DNA of 64,000 nucleotides from Patescibacteria group bacterium (GCA_028286885.1 JAQBQS010000016.1:70464-134463), one strand, 5' to 3'. Counted from the stretch's first letter, positions 10,774 to 20,517 are shown. Notes: generated from the sequence alone by a model not told the origin. Made by a program: numbers and translations.

Positions 10774-10872
10774 TTGTCGATTATAGCAAATTCCTCGCAG
10801 TCTTGAAAAAGAAACCAATGAAGTATAAAGTGGGAAAGAATTGAACTTATCAGATTTATTTACTTTACATTC

Positions 10873-11097
10873 ATGGAAGAATTCCCAAAACCTAAAACGC
10901 CCGACATGAAATACGACTTTCAAAACGGCATCATAAAAGCTAATGAAGATATGGCTTTTCTCGGCATCAGCAAGGGCGACACGCTCCAACCGAAGTTCGA
11001 CGGAACGTACTGGGCCGTCGGTCCCTTGACGTGGAGCGCAGAACAGCTTGCCGAAGAAATTGACGGCGGTACCTGGACATTCGAAAAGACTTCCTAA
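10873..11097 (+). CDS. small hypothetical protein (74 aa)
   Basis: ORF only. Confidence 0.3.
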   Translation: MEEFPKPKTPDMKYDFQNGIIKANEDMAFLGISKGDTLQPKFDGTYWAVGPLTWSAEQLAEEIDGGTWTFEKTS

Positions 11098-11118
11098 GGG
11101 AAGTTTTTTCTTGGCTTA

Positions 11119-11589
11119 TTAATTTTCTTCGATAACCTTGTAAAAATAATAGCGGGGATATCCAAGTCCGCCCAGTTCGCCCAAAATTTTCATGCCGATT
11201 CTTTCATAGAAACCTTTCGATTCGCCGGTCGCGAGCATGGCAATATTTTTGCCCCAGCGATTTTTGATTTCCTGAAAGAGTTTTTCCATAAATGTTTTTC
11301 CATGCCCCTGCCCTCGCAATTCGGACTTTACGGCTACGTATTCGATCGTTACGGCAGGAAAGGTGGCTTCTTCCTGCTTAATGCGAGCCGATGCGATGAG
11401 CGTTTCACCTTGATACAGTCCGTAAACGATTCCGAGATCAAGCATCGGATATTCGGAAAGTCCGTTGGCAAGAAAACCGAGCATGATTTTTTTATAATAA
11501 ATTTCATCTGTCGGACCTGAAAGAACTGACAGGGTCAGGACTTCGTCGACGGATGTTTCTGGCTTGATAATAGATAATTCGGTAGTCAT
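11119..11589 (-). CDS. GNAT-family N-acetyltransferase
   Basis: VKSELRGQGHGKTFMEKL motif A. Confidence 0.7.
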   Translation of the reverse strand: MTTELSIIKPETSVDEVLTLSVLSGPTDEIYYKKIMLGFLANGLSEYPMLDLGIVYGLYQGETLIASARIKQEEATFPAVTIEYVAVKSELRGQGHGKTFMEKLFQEIKNRWGKNIAMLATGESKGFYERIGMKILGELGGLGYPRYYFYKVIEEN

Positions 11590-11598
11590 GGCTTAATC

Positions 11599-12156
11599 CT
11601 AACACAACTCCGCAAACGAAGTTATTCGCCGAACGTTCTGCAGGTGGCGGTTCCAGGGTTGGTTGAACACGAGAACTTCGATTCCGTTTTGTTCGCACGA
11701 AGCGATCTGTTCCGGGTTGTCGTCGACGAGGAGCGAGATGCCTTGCTCCTTGCAGATTACGCCTTTTAATTTTTTACCTTCCCGATGGTCAGTAAAGATG
11801 ACTTCTTCAAACAATGTCGGCACGTAACGCTCGACGAATGTCAGGATCTGCGCATGCCATAAGCGGTAGCGAGCGGTCAAAATCACGAGCCGCGCATGCG
11901 GTTTCAGATTTTCTAAAGTTGAAATCTTTTCGACGTCCGGTTTTGGATAGCAGAACTCGTCGTTTTTGAAAAACAGATCCCATCGCTTCGATTCCTCGTC
12001 TTCGGAAATGCCAAGATCTTCATGAAGCGGTTTTTCCGACAGGTCGTCGTAGGCGATCGTGGGACCGAACGTCGCCTCGCGAAATTCCAAGAACGCCCGC
12101 ACGGTGTCGCAAAGGACATCATCGAAATCGAATGCGATGGTCGGTTTGGTGTTCAT
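11599..12156 (-). CDS. HAD-superfamily hydrolase, 5'(3')-deoxyribonucleotidase-like
   Basis: IAFDFDDVLCDT (DxDxV/T motif I) and VDDN (motif IV-like). Confidence 0.6.
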   Translation of the reverse strand: MNTKPTIAFDFDDVLCDTVRAFLEFREATFGPTIAYDDLSEKPLHEDLGISEDEESKRWDLFFKNDEFCYPKPDVEKISTLENLKPHARLVILTARYRLWHAQILTFVERYVPTLFEEVIFTDHREGKKLKGVICKEQGISLLVDDNPEQIASCEQNGIEVLVFNQPWNRHLQNVRRITSFAELC

Positions 12157-12168
12157 ATGTTTTGATTG

Positions 12169-13416
12169 TTAGTGCTTGTGCTTCTCGTGACGCAGATGAA
12201 ACGCCGGAAGCTTTTCGAGGGAATGCGGCAACGGGTGCTTGACCATGAACAGGTAGACGCCGAGGTTCAGGAGGATGATGATTCCGCCGGTTGCGATCGT
12301 CCATGACGGACCGACGGCGACATACAAAATGCCGGCAAGAATCGGCCCGACCGACCAGCCGAGATCGCTCCAAAGCTCGATCATTCCCGTAATGAGACCG
12401 TAGTGCTCGTGCTTCTTGTCGAGTGCATAGAGCCATGCCCACAGCGACACGCCCGAGAGCTCGTCTCCCGCCGTTGCGACAAATCCGAGAAGGATGAACG
12501 CATATCCGAAATTATGGCCGAGAAGAATTCCCGCAACGGCGAATATGACGATGCCGAGGAGGATGAGAAGCTTGCGGTCATATTTGTCCGCGAGCGTTCC
12601 GATGAAGAATCCGAGAATCACGACCGAGAAATCAAACACGCCGAGTCCGAGCGAAAGGGTGTGCGCATGGACTTGCGTTGCGATCAGGAGCGGCACGACG
12701 AACCAAATGATCGCGTAAAATGTCGATGCCGTGAAGCTCGTGATCATGAGCAGATAACTTACGGGCTTGAGATCATGCGCCGCCTTCCAGGCAACCTTCC
12801 AAAATTTCGGGTGCAGTTTCTTGCGGTGGTGTTCGGGCTTCGGAGCGAGGTCAGCAGGTGCAAGAAGCATCGCTGCGCACGCGATGATGAAGATGAGAAT
12901 CAGAATTTTTCCGAGGAGGGGAACGTTCCACGATACTGCAAATCCGACGAGCGCGCTCGCAAGCACGATGCCGCTCGATGCGAAGACGTCTTTGGCGGAA
13001 ATAATCTTGCCGACGGTTTCATCGTCGGAATGTCCGATCGCGTATGCGTTGATGCCGGGGCTGAAGAACTGCCATCCGATCACGCTGACCGCGAGCGACC
13101 ACAGGAATGTCGCCTTGGTCAGTCCGAAAAGGAAGACGGCAGATGCCGCCACGAAGAAAATCGTCGTGACAACGAGCATCTTCTTATAACCGAATCGGTC
13201 GGTCATATAACCGCTTGGCACGTCGAGGAGCATTTGGATGAATGCGGAAACGCCGATCAAAATTCCGACGATCCAAACAGGGAAAACTTGGGAGCCGAGC
13301 GGGGCAAGCATCGTGTAATGCAATCCGCCGCCGAACTTGAAGAAAATAAGAAAGATCCAAAACGGAGCCAAGCGGAGCATCTTCTGCCGGAAGGAGGGTT
13401 TGTTTGATTGTTGCAT
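12169..13416 (-). CDS. MFS transporter
   Basis: 415 aa with 12 TM-like segments. Confidence 0.7.
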   Translation of the reverse strand: MQQSNKPSFRQKMLRLAPFWIFLIFFKFGGGLHYTMLAPLGSQVFPVWIVGILIGVSAFIQMLLDVPSGYMTDRFGYKKMLVVTTIFFVAASAVFLFGLTKATFLWSLAVSVIGWQFFSPGINAYAIGHSDDETVGKIISAKDVFASSGIVLASALVGFAVSWNVPLLGKILILIFIIACAAMLLAPADLAPKPEHHRKKLHPKFWKVAWKAAHDLKPVSYLLMITSFTASTFYAIIWFVVPLLIATQVHAHTLSLGLGVFDFSVVILGFFIGTLADKYDRKLLILLGIVIFAVAGILLGHNFGYAFILLGFVATAGDELSGVSLWAWLYALDKKHEHYGLITGMIELWSDLGWSVGPILAGILYVAVGPSWTIATGGIIILLNLGVYLFMVKHPLPHSLEKLPAFHLRHEKHKH

Positions 13417-13429
13417 GTGACTATCTTAC

Positions 13430-13462
13430 CTCGTCCATGAAAAATAAAAAACGAGCATCTCC
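13430..13462 (-). terminator. rho-independent terminator for the HExxH gene
   Basis: Minus-strand hairpin cgagcatct/agatgctcg followed by TTTTTTATTTTT. Confidence 0.6.
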
Positions 13463-14032
13463 TTAAAGATGCTCGTACTCTTCTTTTGTCATATCCATCT
13501 CTTTTGCGACCTCGCGGATGCTTTCCCAATCCGGCTTATAATGCCTGATAATGTAATTTTTGTATCTGCCGCCGATCGATTCCATGGCGAGAAATTTTTT
13601 CCAAACACCGAACAGTTCCCGAGCGAAGCCGTTATTGACCGCATACGCGTTGACGCGGCGTTCGACGATGAACCTGAATTTCAAATTAAATACGTATCGC
13701 AGGATGAAAGCGACAAGCTGCATATTCGCCATTGATTCATATTCAACAATATGCGCCAGTTCGTGCCCGAACCATCCGACGAGGTCTTCATGGGAAAGCC
13801 GCGAAAGAAATGGCTGCTTTTTGGCATTAACGATGATCGCATAAGCCCTTTTGTTTTTAAAAAACAGACTCGACGTTACGGTCGCCCGCATCGTGAAAAA
13901 CAGTCCGTTTGAAAACGCCAGTTCAATATCTGTGTTCTGCAATTTTTCATAGCGCCTTTTTGCCGCTTCAAACGCACGTTGAAAGGGTTCGGTATTGTTC
14001 ATAATCTGCTCCGACAAGTATACTTGATTCAT
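13463..14032 (-). CDS. putative zinc metallopeptidase (HExxH)
   Basis: WFGHELAHIVEYE. The start ATG (14030-14032) overlaps the divergent monooxygenase ATG by 2 nt; an alternative ATG lies at 14002. Confidence 0.45.
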   Translation of the reverse strand: MNQVYLSEQIMNNTEPFQRAFEAAKRRYEKLQNTDIELAFSNGLFFTMRATVTSSLFFKNKRAYAIIVNAKKQPFLSRLSHEDLVGWFGHELAHIVEYESMANMQLVAFILRYVFNLKFRFIVERRVNAYAVNNGFARELFGVWKKFLAMESIGGRYKNYIIRHYKPDWESIREVAKEMDMTKEEYEHL

Positions 14033-15143
14033 GGACTCAAAGAGAAAGATCCTCATCGTAGGCGGCGGAATCGCGGGCGTGGCGCTTGCGGATTTTTTAG
14101 ACAGCTCGAAATTCGAGGTCACAATTGCCGAACGCGCGCCCGAGTGGCGGACGATCGGGTACGCGATCGGCGTTTGGGTGAACGGTTTGCGGATCTTGAA
14201 AAAATTTGATTTGCCGGAATCGTTTTGGGACAAATTCGAGCCCGTCGACTCCGGTGCCGTAATCGATTTGTCGGGCAGTCCAATCTCGATCATTACAAAG
14301 GAAATGATCGGAAAAGACACACTTGCGGGGAAAATAGAACGCGATCTGCTTCACAAAGCGCTCATTGGAAAGCTTCCCAAAGAAGTTGCCGTCCGTTTCG
14401 GCGTCACATGTATCGATTTCAAGCAGAAGCCGGGCGGCGTCGCAGTAACATTTTCGGACGAAACCGAGGAAACGTTCGATCTGGTCGTGGGCGCAGACGG
14501 TATGCGTTCGCAAGTACGCGAGAGTATTTTCGGCAACTATCTGAAGTCGTACGGATGGCATGTCATCCTGAGCTGGGCACCGAGGAGTTTCAAGCTGGAC
14601 TCGGACTATTACATCTTAAATGCTCCGGGACAGGTCGTGCTCGCCATTCCGTACGGCGATCGCGTCTCGATCGGATTTTCGATTCCCAAGCGCGGCGAGG
14701 CATCCGCCGAAGATATTTTCAAATCGTTCGAAAAGATCGGTTCGCGGGTCACGGATGTGCTTTCGGCGTTTGATCGGAATCATCTGTTCCATGACGAACT
14801 TGTCCATGTGAAGATGAAGAGGTGGCATCTCGGTCGCGTTGTCTTGATCGGGGACGCGCGTCACGGCATGTCGCCGATTTCCGGATTCGGAACGTCGCTC
14901 GCGCTCGGGGATGCATATGAACTTGCAGCATGCCTTGGCGAATTTCATTCTCCTGATGATGCGCTTGCCGTATTTGCCAAACGCAGGCAAAAGTCCACGA
15001 AATATATTTTCCTTTTTTCGCGCCTCATGGAATCGTTTTTTACGCTGGAATCGAAATGGCTGGTTGCATTGCGGGATCTCTTGTTCCGAACGGGCGCCAC
15101 GAAATTGGCGGCGCGCGTTTTGAGAAAAGCTCTTGATTCATAA
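14031..15143 (+). CDS. FAD-dependent monooxygenase
   Basis: KILIVGGGIAGVALA (Rossmann), GADGMRSQVR and GDARHGMSP flavoprotein-hydroxylase motifs. Confidence 0.75.
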   Translation: MDSKRKILIVGGGIAGVALADFLDSSKFEVTIAERAPEWRTIGYAIGVWVNGLRILKKFDLPESFWDKFEPVDSGAVIDLSGSPISIITKEMIGKDTLAGKIERDLLHKALIGKLPKEVAVRFGVTCIDFKQKPGGVAVTFSDETEETFDLVVGADGMRSQVRESIFGNYLKSYGWHVILSWAPRSFKLDSDYYILNAPGQVVLAIPYGDRVSIGFSIPKRGEASAEDIFKSFEKIGSRVTDVLSAFDRNHLFHDELVHVKMKRWHLGRVVLIGDARHGMSPISGFGTSLALGDAYELAACLGEFHSPDDALAVFAKRRQKSTKYIFLFSRLMESFFTLESKWLVALRDLLFRTGATKLAARVLRKALDS

Positions 15144-15162
15144 TTCTGTTATACTTGCCCCC

Positions 15163-15594
15163 ATGAAAAAGATTGGATTCTTGTATTCCCTTGCTGCGGC
15201 GGCCACATGGGGACTCGTGTACGCATTCGACGACCGCATTTTGGTATCGGTATCTCCTGTGACGCTTTTGTTTCTCGAATCGTTTCTCACCTTCGTCGTG
15301 CTGATTCCCGTTTTCTTCTTCCATCAGGGAGGAGCTGCGGAAATCTCCACCATTTCGACGCGCAATTGGATATTCATCTTGGCGTCCCTGATCCTCGGGG
15401 CGGTTGCGAACTTCTTTATCTTTTCGGGAATCAAGTATCTCGGCGCAGGTCCGGCGTCGATGATCGAGCTTGCGTATCCGCTGTTTGTTGCCCTGTTCTG
15501 CTTCTTTCTCTTCAGGCAGTCGCTTTCAATCTGGGTTGCCGTCGGAGGCGTTTTCATGGTTGCCGGAGCGATGATTATTATAAAACTAGGATAG
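15163..15594 (+). CDS. DMT/EamA-like small transporter
   Basis: 4-5 TM segments; SGIKYLG-type motif. Confidence 0.5.
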   Translation: MKKIGFLYSLAAAATWGLVYAFDDRILVSVSPVTLLFLESFLTFVVLIPVFFFHQGGAAEISTISTRNWIFILASLILGAVANFFIFSGIKYLGAGPASMIELAYPLFVALFCFFLFRQSLSIWVAVGGVFMVAGAMIIIKLG

Positions 15595-15603
15595 AGAATT
15601 GCC

Positions 15604-16188
15604 ATGATCATGAAAAAATCCAATTCAACATACCGAATCCTCGTCGCGGCCTACAGCCTCTCGACATTCTCCGAGGGAATTCTGATGCCGATCTATGCCG
15701 TCTTCGTCCAGAAAGTCGGCGGAGGAATCCTTGATGCAGCAGGCGCTGTTGCGACATTCTATATCGTATGCGGCGTGGCCGAACTCCTGATTTTCAGGCT
15801 CAAGTTCAGCCGCACGCACAGGTTACACCTGATGGTCGGCGGATGGATCATCTGGCTTCTTGGGATTGTCACGTATTTGTTCATCAAGAGCATTCCGATT
15901 TTGTTTTTGGCGCAGATTCTGACGGCGCTCGGAAACGCGGTGGCGGATCCGGCATTCGACGCGGAACTTGCCGAACGGACGGATTCGGGAATGCGCGACA
16001 GCGAGTACGGAACGTTCGAGGCATCCAAGGATATTTTCCAAGGAGTCGCGGCGCTCGTCGGCGGGCTCGTGGTGTTCGCGTTCGGCTTCCGCATCCTCGT
16101 CATCTTGATGGTACTGACAGCGACCGTTTCGTTCATGCTCATCTTGTCGAATTACTGGCACAGGATGAAAAAGGAGAAAATGGGATAA
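15604..16188 (+). CDS. membrane protein (MFS-like 6-TM half)
   Basis: Hydrophobic profile only. Confidence 0.45.
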   Translation: MIMKKSNSTYRILVAAYSLSTFSEGILMPIYAVFVQKVGGGILDAAGAVATFYIVCGVAELLIFRLKFSRTHRLHLMVGGWIIWLLGIVTYLFIKSIPILFLAQILTALGNAVADPAFDAELAERTDSGMRDSEYGTFEASKDIFQGVAALVGGLVVFAFGFRILVILMVLTATVSFMLILSNYWHRMKKEKMG

Positions 16189-16222
16189 GATAAAACCCGA
16201 AACAATTGTTTCGGGTTGTGTT
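16189..16222. terminator. bidirectional terminator
   Basis: Perfect 12+12 palindrome aacccgaaacaa/ttgtttcgggtt flanked by A and T runs. Confidence 0.65.
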
Positions 16223-16223
16223 G

Positions 16224-17990
16224 TCATGAGTCGAGAAGCACTTCTTCCTCGGCGGCAACTTCCGGCGAGGTGAGCATCTTGTAGTAGATGCCGTCCCTGT
16301 CGAGTATCAGCGCGTCGTGGTTTCCGTCCTGGATGATTTTTCCCTTGTCCAAGACGATGATCCTGTCGCATTTCTGAATCGTTGAAAGCCTGTGGGCGAT
16401 GACGACGATCGTTTTGCTGTCGAAGCCGCTTTCGATGACGCGCTGTATTTCGCGCTCTTTCATGTTGTCGAGAGCCGATGTCGCCTCGTCGAGAATCATG
16501 ATGAGCGGATTGCACAAGAATACGCGGGCGATTGCGATGCGCTGCTTTTCGCCTCCCGAGAGAAGCGTTCCGCGCTCGCCGACTTTGCTGTCATAGCCGT
16601 AGGGCAGCGTCAGGATGAAGTCATGGATTCCCGCGCGTTTGCAGGCGTCGTGGATTTCCTCGTCGCTTGCGTCCGGTTTTCCGTACGCAATGTTTTCGCG
16701 CAGAGGCCGGTGGAACAGTTCGACGTTTTGCGAAACGCCGAGTGCGATTTTTTTGATTCCGTCCATGGTGATGTCGGTCCTGATGCAATAGTCGCCGATC
16801 CAGATGTCGCCCTCGGTCGGGTCCATTTCGCGCAGAAGAAGCTTGGAAAGAGTCGTCTTTCCTGAGCCCGTCTTGCCGATGATCGCGACTTTCTCGCCGG
16901 GCTTTATATCGAGATTGAAGTCCTCGAATATAGGTTTGCCGGGAAGATACGAAAACGACATGTTTCTGAAGCGGATCGAAGCCTTGCTTTGGTCGATAGC
17001 CGGATTCGAAATTGCGCCGGGCGCGTTTACGAGTTCCGACCGCATGTCGATGATATCGATCATTTCTCCGGCGTCTCCGATAGCTCGGGTGAGCTTGCGA
17101 AGGCCTGAGCCGAACGTCCACAAGGACTCGGAAAGATTCGAGGAGAATGCCATGACGAGGACCGTTTGTCCCGGAGTGAATGCTCCTTTTCTCCAGAGCC
17201 ACATGCTTACGAAAAGCGACGTGGCGTGGATGCCGCTGGTGCAGAATCTCTGCAATGCGTTTTGCGTATTTGCAAAATTCCACGATCTGAGGAACGCCTC
17301 GTAGTGCCTTGTAAGGATAGACTGGTAGTTTGACTTCTCCCGCGCATGCGCGCCGAAGAGTTTCACCGTCGACATGTTTGCGATGGTATCGGCAAATCTG
17401 GCCGTTACCTTGGACTCGAGTTCCGCTTCGGCGTATCCGAGCGCCAGTCGGCGCTTGAAGGTCGTTGTCGTAATGATTACGAATACGACGATCCAGAACA
17501 GATATCCGAAAAACATGTACTTGGAAATGGTCAACGCCACAACGCTCAGAATTCCGATCATTTGAATGGTCACGAACAGCGCACTGCTTGAAACTTGCTC
17601 ATAAATTTCCTCTCCCGAGGAAATCAGGCGCTTATTCTTGGCAATGAACGATCCGGCCTTGTTGACGTTGAAGAACTTCATCGATTGCCGAAGAAGGCTT
17701 TCGAAGCTGATCATGCGGAGCTTTCGGGCCTGTTCGGACTGAAAGCGCCCTGATTTGAAGTCGCCGACGCTCAAGAGAGCTTCTTTTGCGGCGTACGAAC
17801 AGACGAATGCGATCGCCAGCGCTTCCACGTAAGTCTTATGGCCTATCATGGCGTCGATAAGATTCTGTTGGAGAAGAGGGCGGAGCAGTCCGTTTGCAAG
17901 ATACGAAACAAAAAAGGCGAGTACGGCATACCATCCGTATTTTCTAATGCCGTCGGCAAAAAGCCAATACCGGCTAAGGATTTTTCTCAT
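16224..17990 (-). CDS. ABC transporter, fused permease/ATPase (MsbA-like exporter)
   Basis: GKTGSGKTT Walker A, LSGGEKQRIAIARV signature, ILDEATSALD Walker B, and an N-terminal 6-TM domain. Confidence 0.85.
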   Translation of the reverse strand: MRKILSRYWLFADGIRKYGWYAVLAFFVSYLANGLLRPLLQQNLIDAMIGHKTYVEALAIAFVCSYAAKEALLSVGDFKSGRFQSEQARKLRMISFESLLRQSMKFFNVNKAGSFIAKNKRLISSGEEIYEQVSSSALFVTIQMIGILSVVALTISKYMFFGYLFWIVVFVIITTTTFKRRLALGYAEAELESKVTARFADTIANMSTVKLFGAHAREKSNYQSILTRHYEAFLRSWNFANTQNALQRFCTSGIHATSLFVSMWLWRKGAFTPGQTVLVMAFSSNLSESLWTFGSGLRKLTRAIGDAGEMIDIIDMRSELVNAPGAISNPAIDQSKASIRFRNMSFSYLPGKPIFEDFNLDIKPGEKVAIIGKTGSGKTTLSKLLLREMDPTEGDIWIGDYCIRTDITMDGIKKIALGVSQNVELFHRPLRENIAYGKPDASDEEIHDACKRAGIHDFILTLPYGYDSKVGERGTLLSGGEKQRIAIARVFLCNPLIMILDEATSALDNMKEREIQRVIESGFDSKTIVVIAHRLSTIQKCDRIIVLDKGKIIQDGNHDALILDRDGIYYKMLTSPEVAAEEEVLLDS

Positions 17991-18215
17991 GTTTGGAATT
18001 ATTTAGGTTTTGAAATAGCGATTATTTGATTAAATCATAGCATTTTTTGCATAAAAAGTCAAATGGCGGGTCGGTTTTAACAGCAACCATCGAAAACTTG
18101 TCAAGGGTAAAAATATGTGGTTTTGAGCACTTTTTGATCTTCTTGGCTAAAATTAGAAAAGCTTTATAAAATAAGGCTTATTTTCCAATTTTAAGCGTAA
18201 TACCACATAAAAAGC

Positions 18216-18244
18216 TTGACAGCAAGACTTGGATATGCTATCAT
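18216..18244 (+). promoter_or_regulatory. sigma70-like promoter
   Basis: TTGACA-17 nt-TATCAT. Confidence 0.5.
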
Positions 18245-18375
18245 GCTTACATGTCTGAATTGCAGGCATTTTTCTTTCCCTGAGATATTTCCGCAGGTGC
18301 CATCTCGGCAGCCACGCGAATACCGCAGGAAAAGACTCTACCACCAATGTGTTTGACGGAGCGAAACCGTCATCT

Positions 18376-18996
18376 ATGTCCAATAAATTCACATTCTATC
18401 GTCAGATGGCGCTTGGGTACACCCTCATCGTCGGTCTGTGCATCGGATTAATAACCCCGATCGCGCAAGCAGAGGCTCCAACTGACACGTTATATGCAGC
18501 GTCCCCTACGTCAACCGTTGTCGATGGGCTTACCCAGGAACAGCGAGCGGCTAAAATCGACGCATTCTTCACATTACGCGACAATTCACCGCTTGCAGGC
18601 GAAGGCCTGACATTCGTGAAGGCCGCGGACACATACGGTATCGACTGGAAGCTTCTTCCTGCGATTGCGACCATCGAGTCCAACGGAGGAAAAATGCTCT
18701 GTTCGAACCCGAAAGGTGCGAACAACCCCTTCGGTTTCGGCTCATGTAAGGTCCCTTTCAAGGACTTTGACGAGGCGATCGATACGGTTGCCAAGAACCT
18801 TGGCGGATATAATCCGGCAACGGAAGTCCATTACAAGGACAAGTCCGTAAGCGAGATTCTCGAAGCTTACAACCCTTCGTCAATCCGCCCCGACTACCAG
18901 AAATTGGTCGGATGGGCGATGAAGAAGATCGCTTCGACCGATGCCTCAGTGCTTGTGGCTACCGTCTCAACTTCTTCGCAGCTTGCGATCAAGTAA
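18376..18996 (+). CDS. secreted peptidoglycan-hydrolase-like protein (glucosaminidase / lytic transglycosylase-like)
   Basis: Signal/TM, then GIDWKLLPAIATIESNGG motif. Confidence 0.45.
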   Translation: MSNKFTFYRQMALGYTLIVGLCIGLITPIAQAEAPTDTLYAASPTSTVVDGLTQEQRAAKIDAFFTLRDNSPLAGEGLTFVKAADTYGIDWKLLPAIATIESNGGKMLCSNPKGANNPFGFGSCKVPFKDFDEAIDTVAKNLGGYNPATEVHYKDKSVSEILEAYNPSSIRPDYQKLVGWAMKKIASTDASVLVATVSTSSQLAIK

Positions 18997-19010
18997 AAAA
19001 GAACAGCCAA

Positions 19011-19050
19011 TAAAAAACTCCTTCGCAGCAATGCGAGGGAGTTTTGGTTT
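19011..19050. terminator. bidirectional terminator
   Basis: ctccttcgc-agcaat-gcgagggag with A and T runs on both sides. Confidence 0.55.
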
Positions 19051-19279
19051 ACAAAGACAATGTCATTTGATGTACGCCGTTCCAATTTTCGTTGACTTTC
19101 CATGTGTAGTTGTCCGACTGGCCGACTTGTTCCCATGTAATGGAATGCTTCGTGCCATGTGCCAAGTTATAGAGTCCGACTCTTTTATTGACCATGCATT
19201 TTTTTCTTGTACTGCATTGCTTCTTGTCGAGTTTCAGAAATTCCAAGAATTCCGCAAGCGTAAGTTCGGCTGCTGCCAT
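19049..19279 (-). CDS. small hypothetical protein (76 aa)
   Basis: ORF only. Confidence 0.3.
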   Translation of the reverse strand: MAAAELTLAEFLEFLKLDKKQCSTRKKCMVNKRVGLYNLAHGTKHSITWEQVGQSDNYTWKVNENWNGVHQMTLSL

Positions 19280-19443
19280 ATCCGATGAATTTGATGAAGA
19301 AATTATTTAATAAAACTTTATCTTTTCTTTAGATACTTGTCAAGTTTTAAATAATAGTGTATCGGGACAATACTGTGGATTTCTCGGAAGTGATATACTG
19401 AATGGACAAGAAGCGCGCTAATATCGTTTTCTTGTACACTTCT

Positions 19444-19806
19444 ATGAACATTGCATTCAAGGGACTGCGCATGCCACTTACGGATGAAATGAAAAAGCAT
19501 GTTCGCACCGCTCTCGCACCTCTCGAAAAAATCCTCCCTGACCATGTTCACGTTTATGCCGAGGTCGGGAAAACTTCCAACCATCACCGCTCAGGAGACG
19601 ACATCTACCAGGCATCCATTACGCTCGATACCAAAGGCCACATGCATTTCGCAAGCGTTACCGACGGCGATGCGTACAAGGCTATCGATCGTGCCGGACT
19701 TGATATTGTAGAATCTGTTAAACAAAACCGTGGACGCAAGCAAACGCTCGCGCGACGCGGACGAATGATTATTAAACGACTAACCAAATCTGCTTTCTAT
19801 GAGTAA
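19444..19806 (+). CDS. hpf: ribosome hibernation promoting factor (short HPF / RaiA family)
   Basis: MNIAFKGLRMPLTDEMKKHVRTALAPLEK...ITLDTKGHMHFASVTDGDAYKAIDRAGLDIVESVKQNRGRK. Confidence 0.75.
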   Translation: MNIAFKGLRMPLTDEMKKHVRTALAPLEKILPDHVHVYAEVGKTSNHHRSGDDIYQASITLDTKGHMHFASVTDGDAYKAIDRAGLDIVESVKQNRGRKQTLARRGRMIIKRLTKSAFYE

Positions 19807-20476
19807 TGCCTGGAAAATTATTATTGGAATTATCGTGGTTGCAATTGTTGTGCTCGCTGTTTATTTCGGAGTGCGATCGAACGCAAACCCCACCCCGGCC
19901 CTCCCCTTAGCAGGGGAGGGAGCCGCAACAACAGGCACCGTGCCAGCTGACACCTCGACAAATGCAAAACCTTCAGCTAATGTAAAACCCATGAATTATA
20001 CCCAAGCCACATTCCATACATCCCTCGGAGATTTCACGATCGCGCTCGATACTGCAAATACGCCAAATACGGTTGAAAACTTTACCAAGCTCGTGTCAAG
20101 CGGATTCTATAACATGACCAAGTTCCATCGCGTCATTGCCGGATTCATGATCCAGGCCGGAGACCCTCAGTCAAAAGACGATTCGCTGGCTGACCGATGG
20201 GGAACAGGCGGCCCGGGATACACGTTCGCCGACGAAATCAAGTCGACCAATGCCGATGTAAAGGGAACGATCGCGATGGCGAACGCGGGACCCAATACCA
20301 ACGGATCGCAGTTCTTCATCAACGTTGCTGACAACACATACCTCAACACTAAACACACCGTGTTCGGCCATGTAACATCCGGATACGACGTTGTTGAAAA
20401 AATAAGCTCGGTTCAGACAGGGCAGAATGATCGCCCTGTGACGCCGGTCGTGATCGAATCAATTGCATTGAAATAG
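19799..20476 (+). CDS. ppiB: cyclophilin-type peptidyl-prolyl cis-trans isomerase with N-terminal membrane anchor
   Basis: FHRVIAGFMIQAGDP...GYTFADE...GTIAMANAGPNTNGSQFFI...HTVFGHV. Overlaps hpf by 8 nt. Confidence 0.85.
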   Translation: MSNAWKIIIGIIVVAIVVLAVYFGVRSNANPTPALPLAGEGAATTGTVPADTSTNAKPSANVKPMNYTQATFHTSLGDFTIALDTANTPNTVENFTKLVSSGFYNMTKFHRVIAGFMIQAGDPQSKDDSLADRWGTGGPGYTFADEIKSTNADVKGTIAMANAGPNTNGSQFFINVADNTYLNTKHTVFGHVTSGYDVVEKISSVQTGQNDRPVTPVVIESIALK

Positions 20477-20480
20477 TTTT

Positions 20481-20517
20481 CATAAAAAATATCCACACTA
20501 GATGGATATTTTTTATG
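20481..20517 (+). terminator. AT-rich 15 bp perfect hairpin after ppiB; its 3' arm contains ATG 20515
   Basis: cataaaaaatatcca-cactaga-tggatattttttATG. Confidence 0.45.

Noticed and set aside
12403-13407. 334 aa + strand ORF
   Set aside because: It is antisense to the MFS transporter 12169-13416, with a charged low-complexity translation.
15823-17283. Minus-strand ORFs 15823-16515 (230 aa) and 16621-17283 (220 aa), both Arg-rich
   Set aside because: They are alternative-frame overlaps of real genes (the membrane protein and the ABC exporter).
19402-19443. HPF starting at ATG 19402 as a leaderless mRNA from an extended -10 (TGaTATACT at 19389-19397)
   Set aside because: The expected TSS would fall at or beyond that ATG, and HPF-family N-termini align with MNIAFKG, so 19444 was used. 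The promoter call itself remains plausible.
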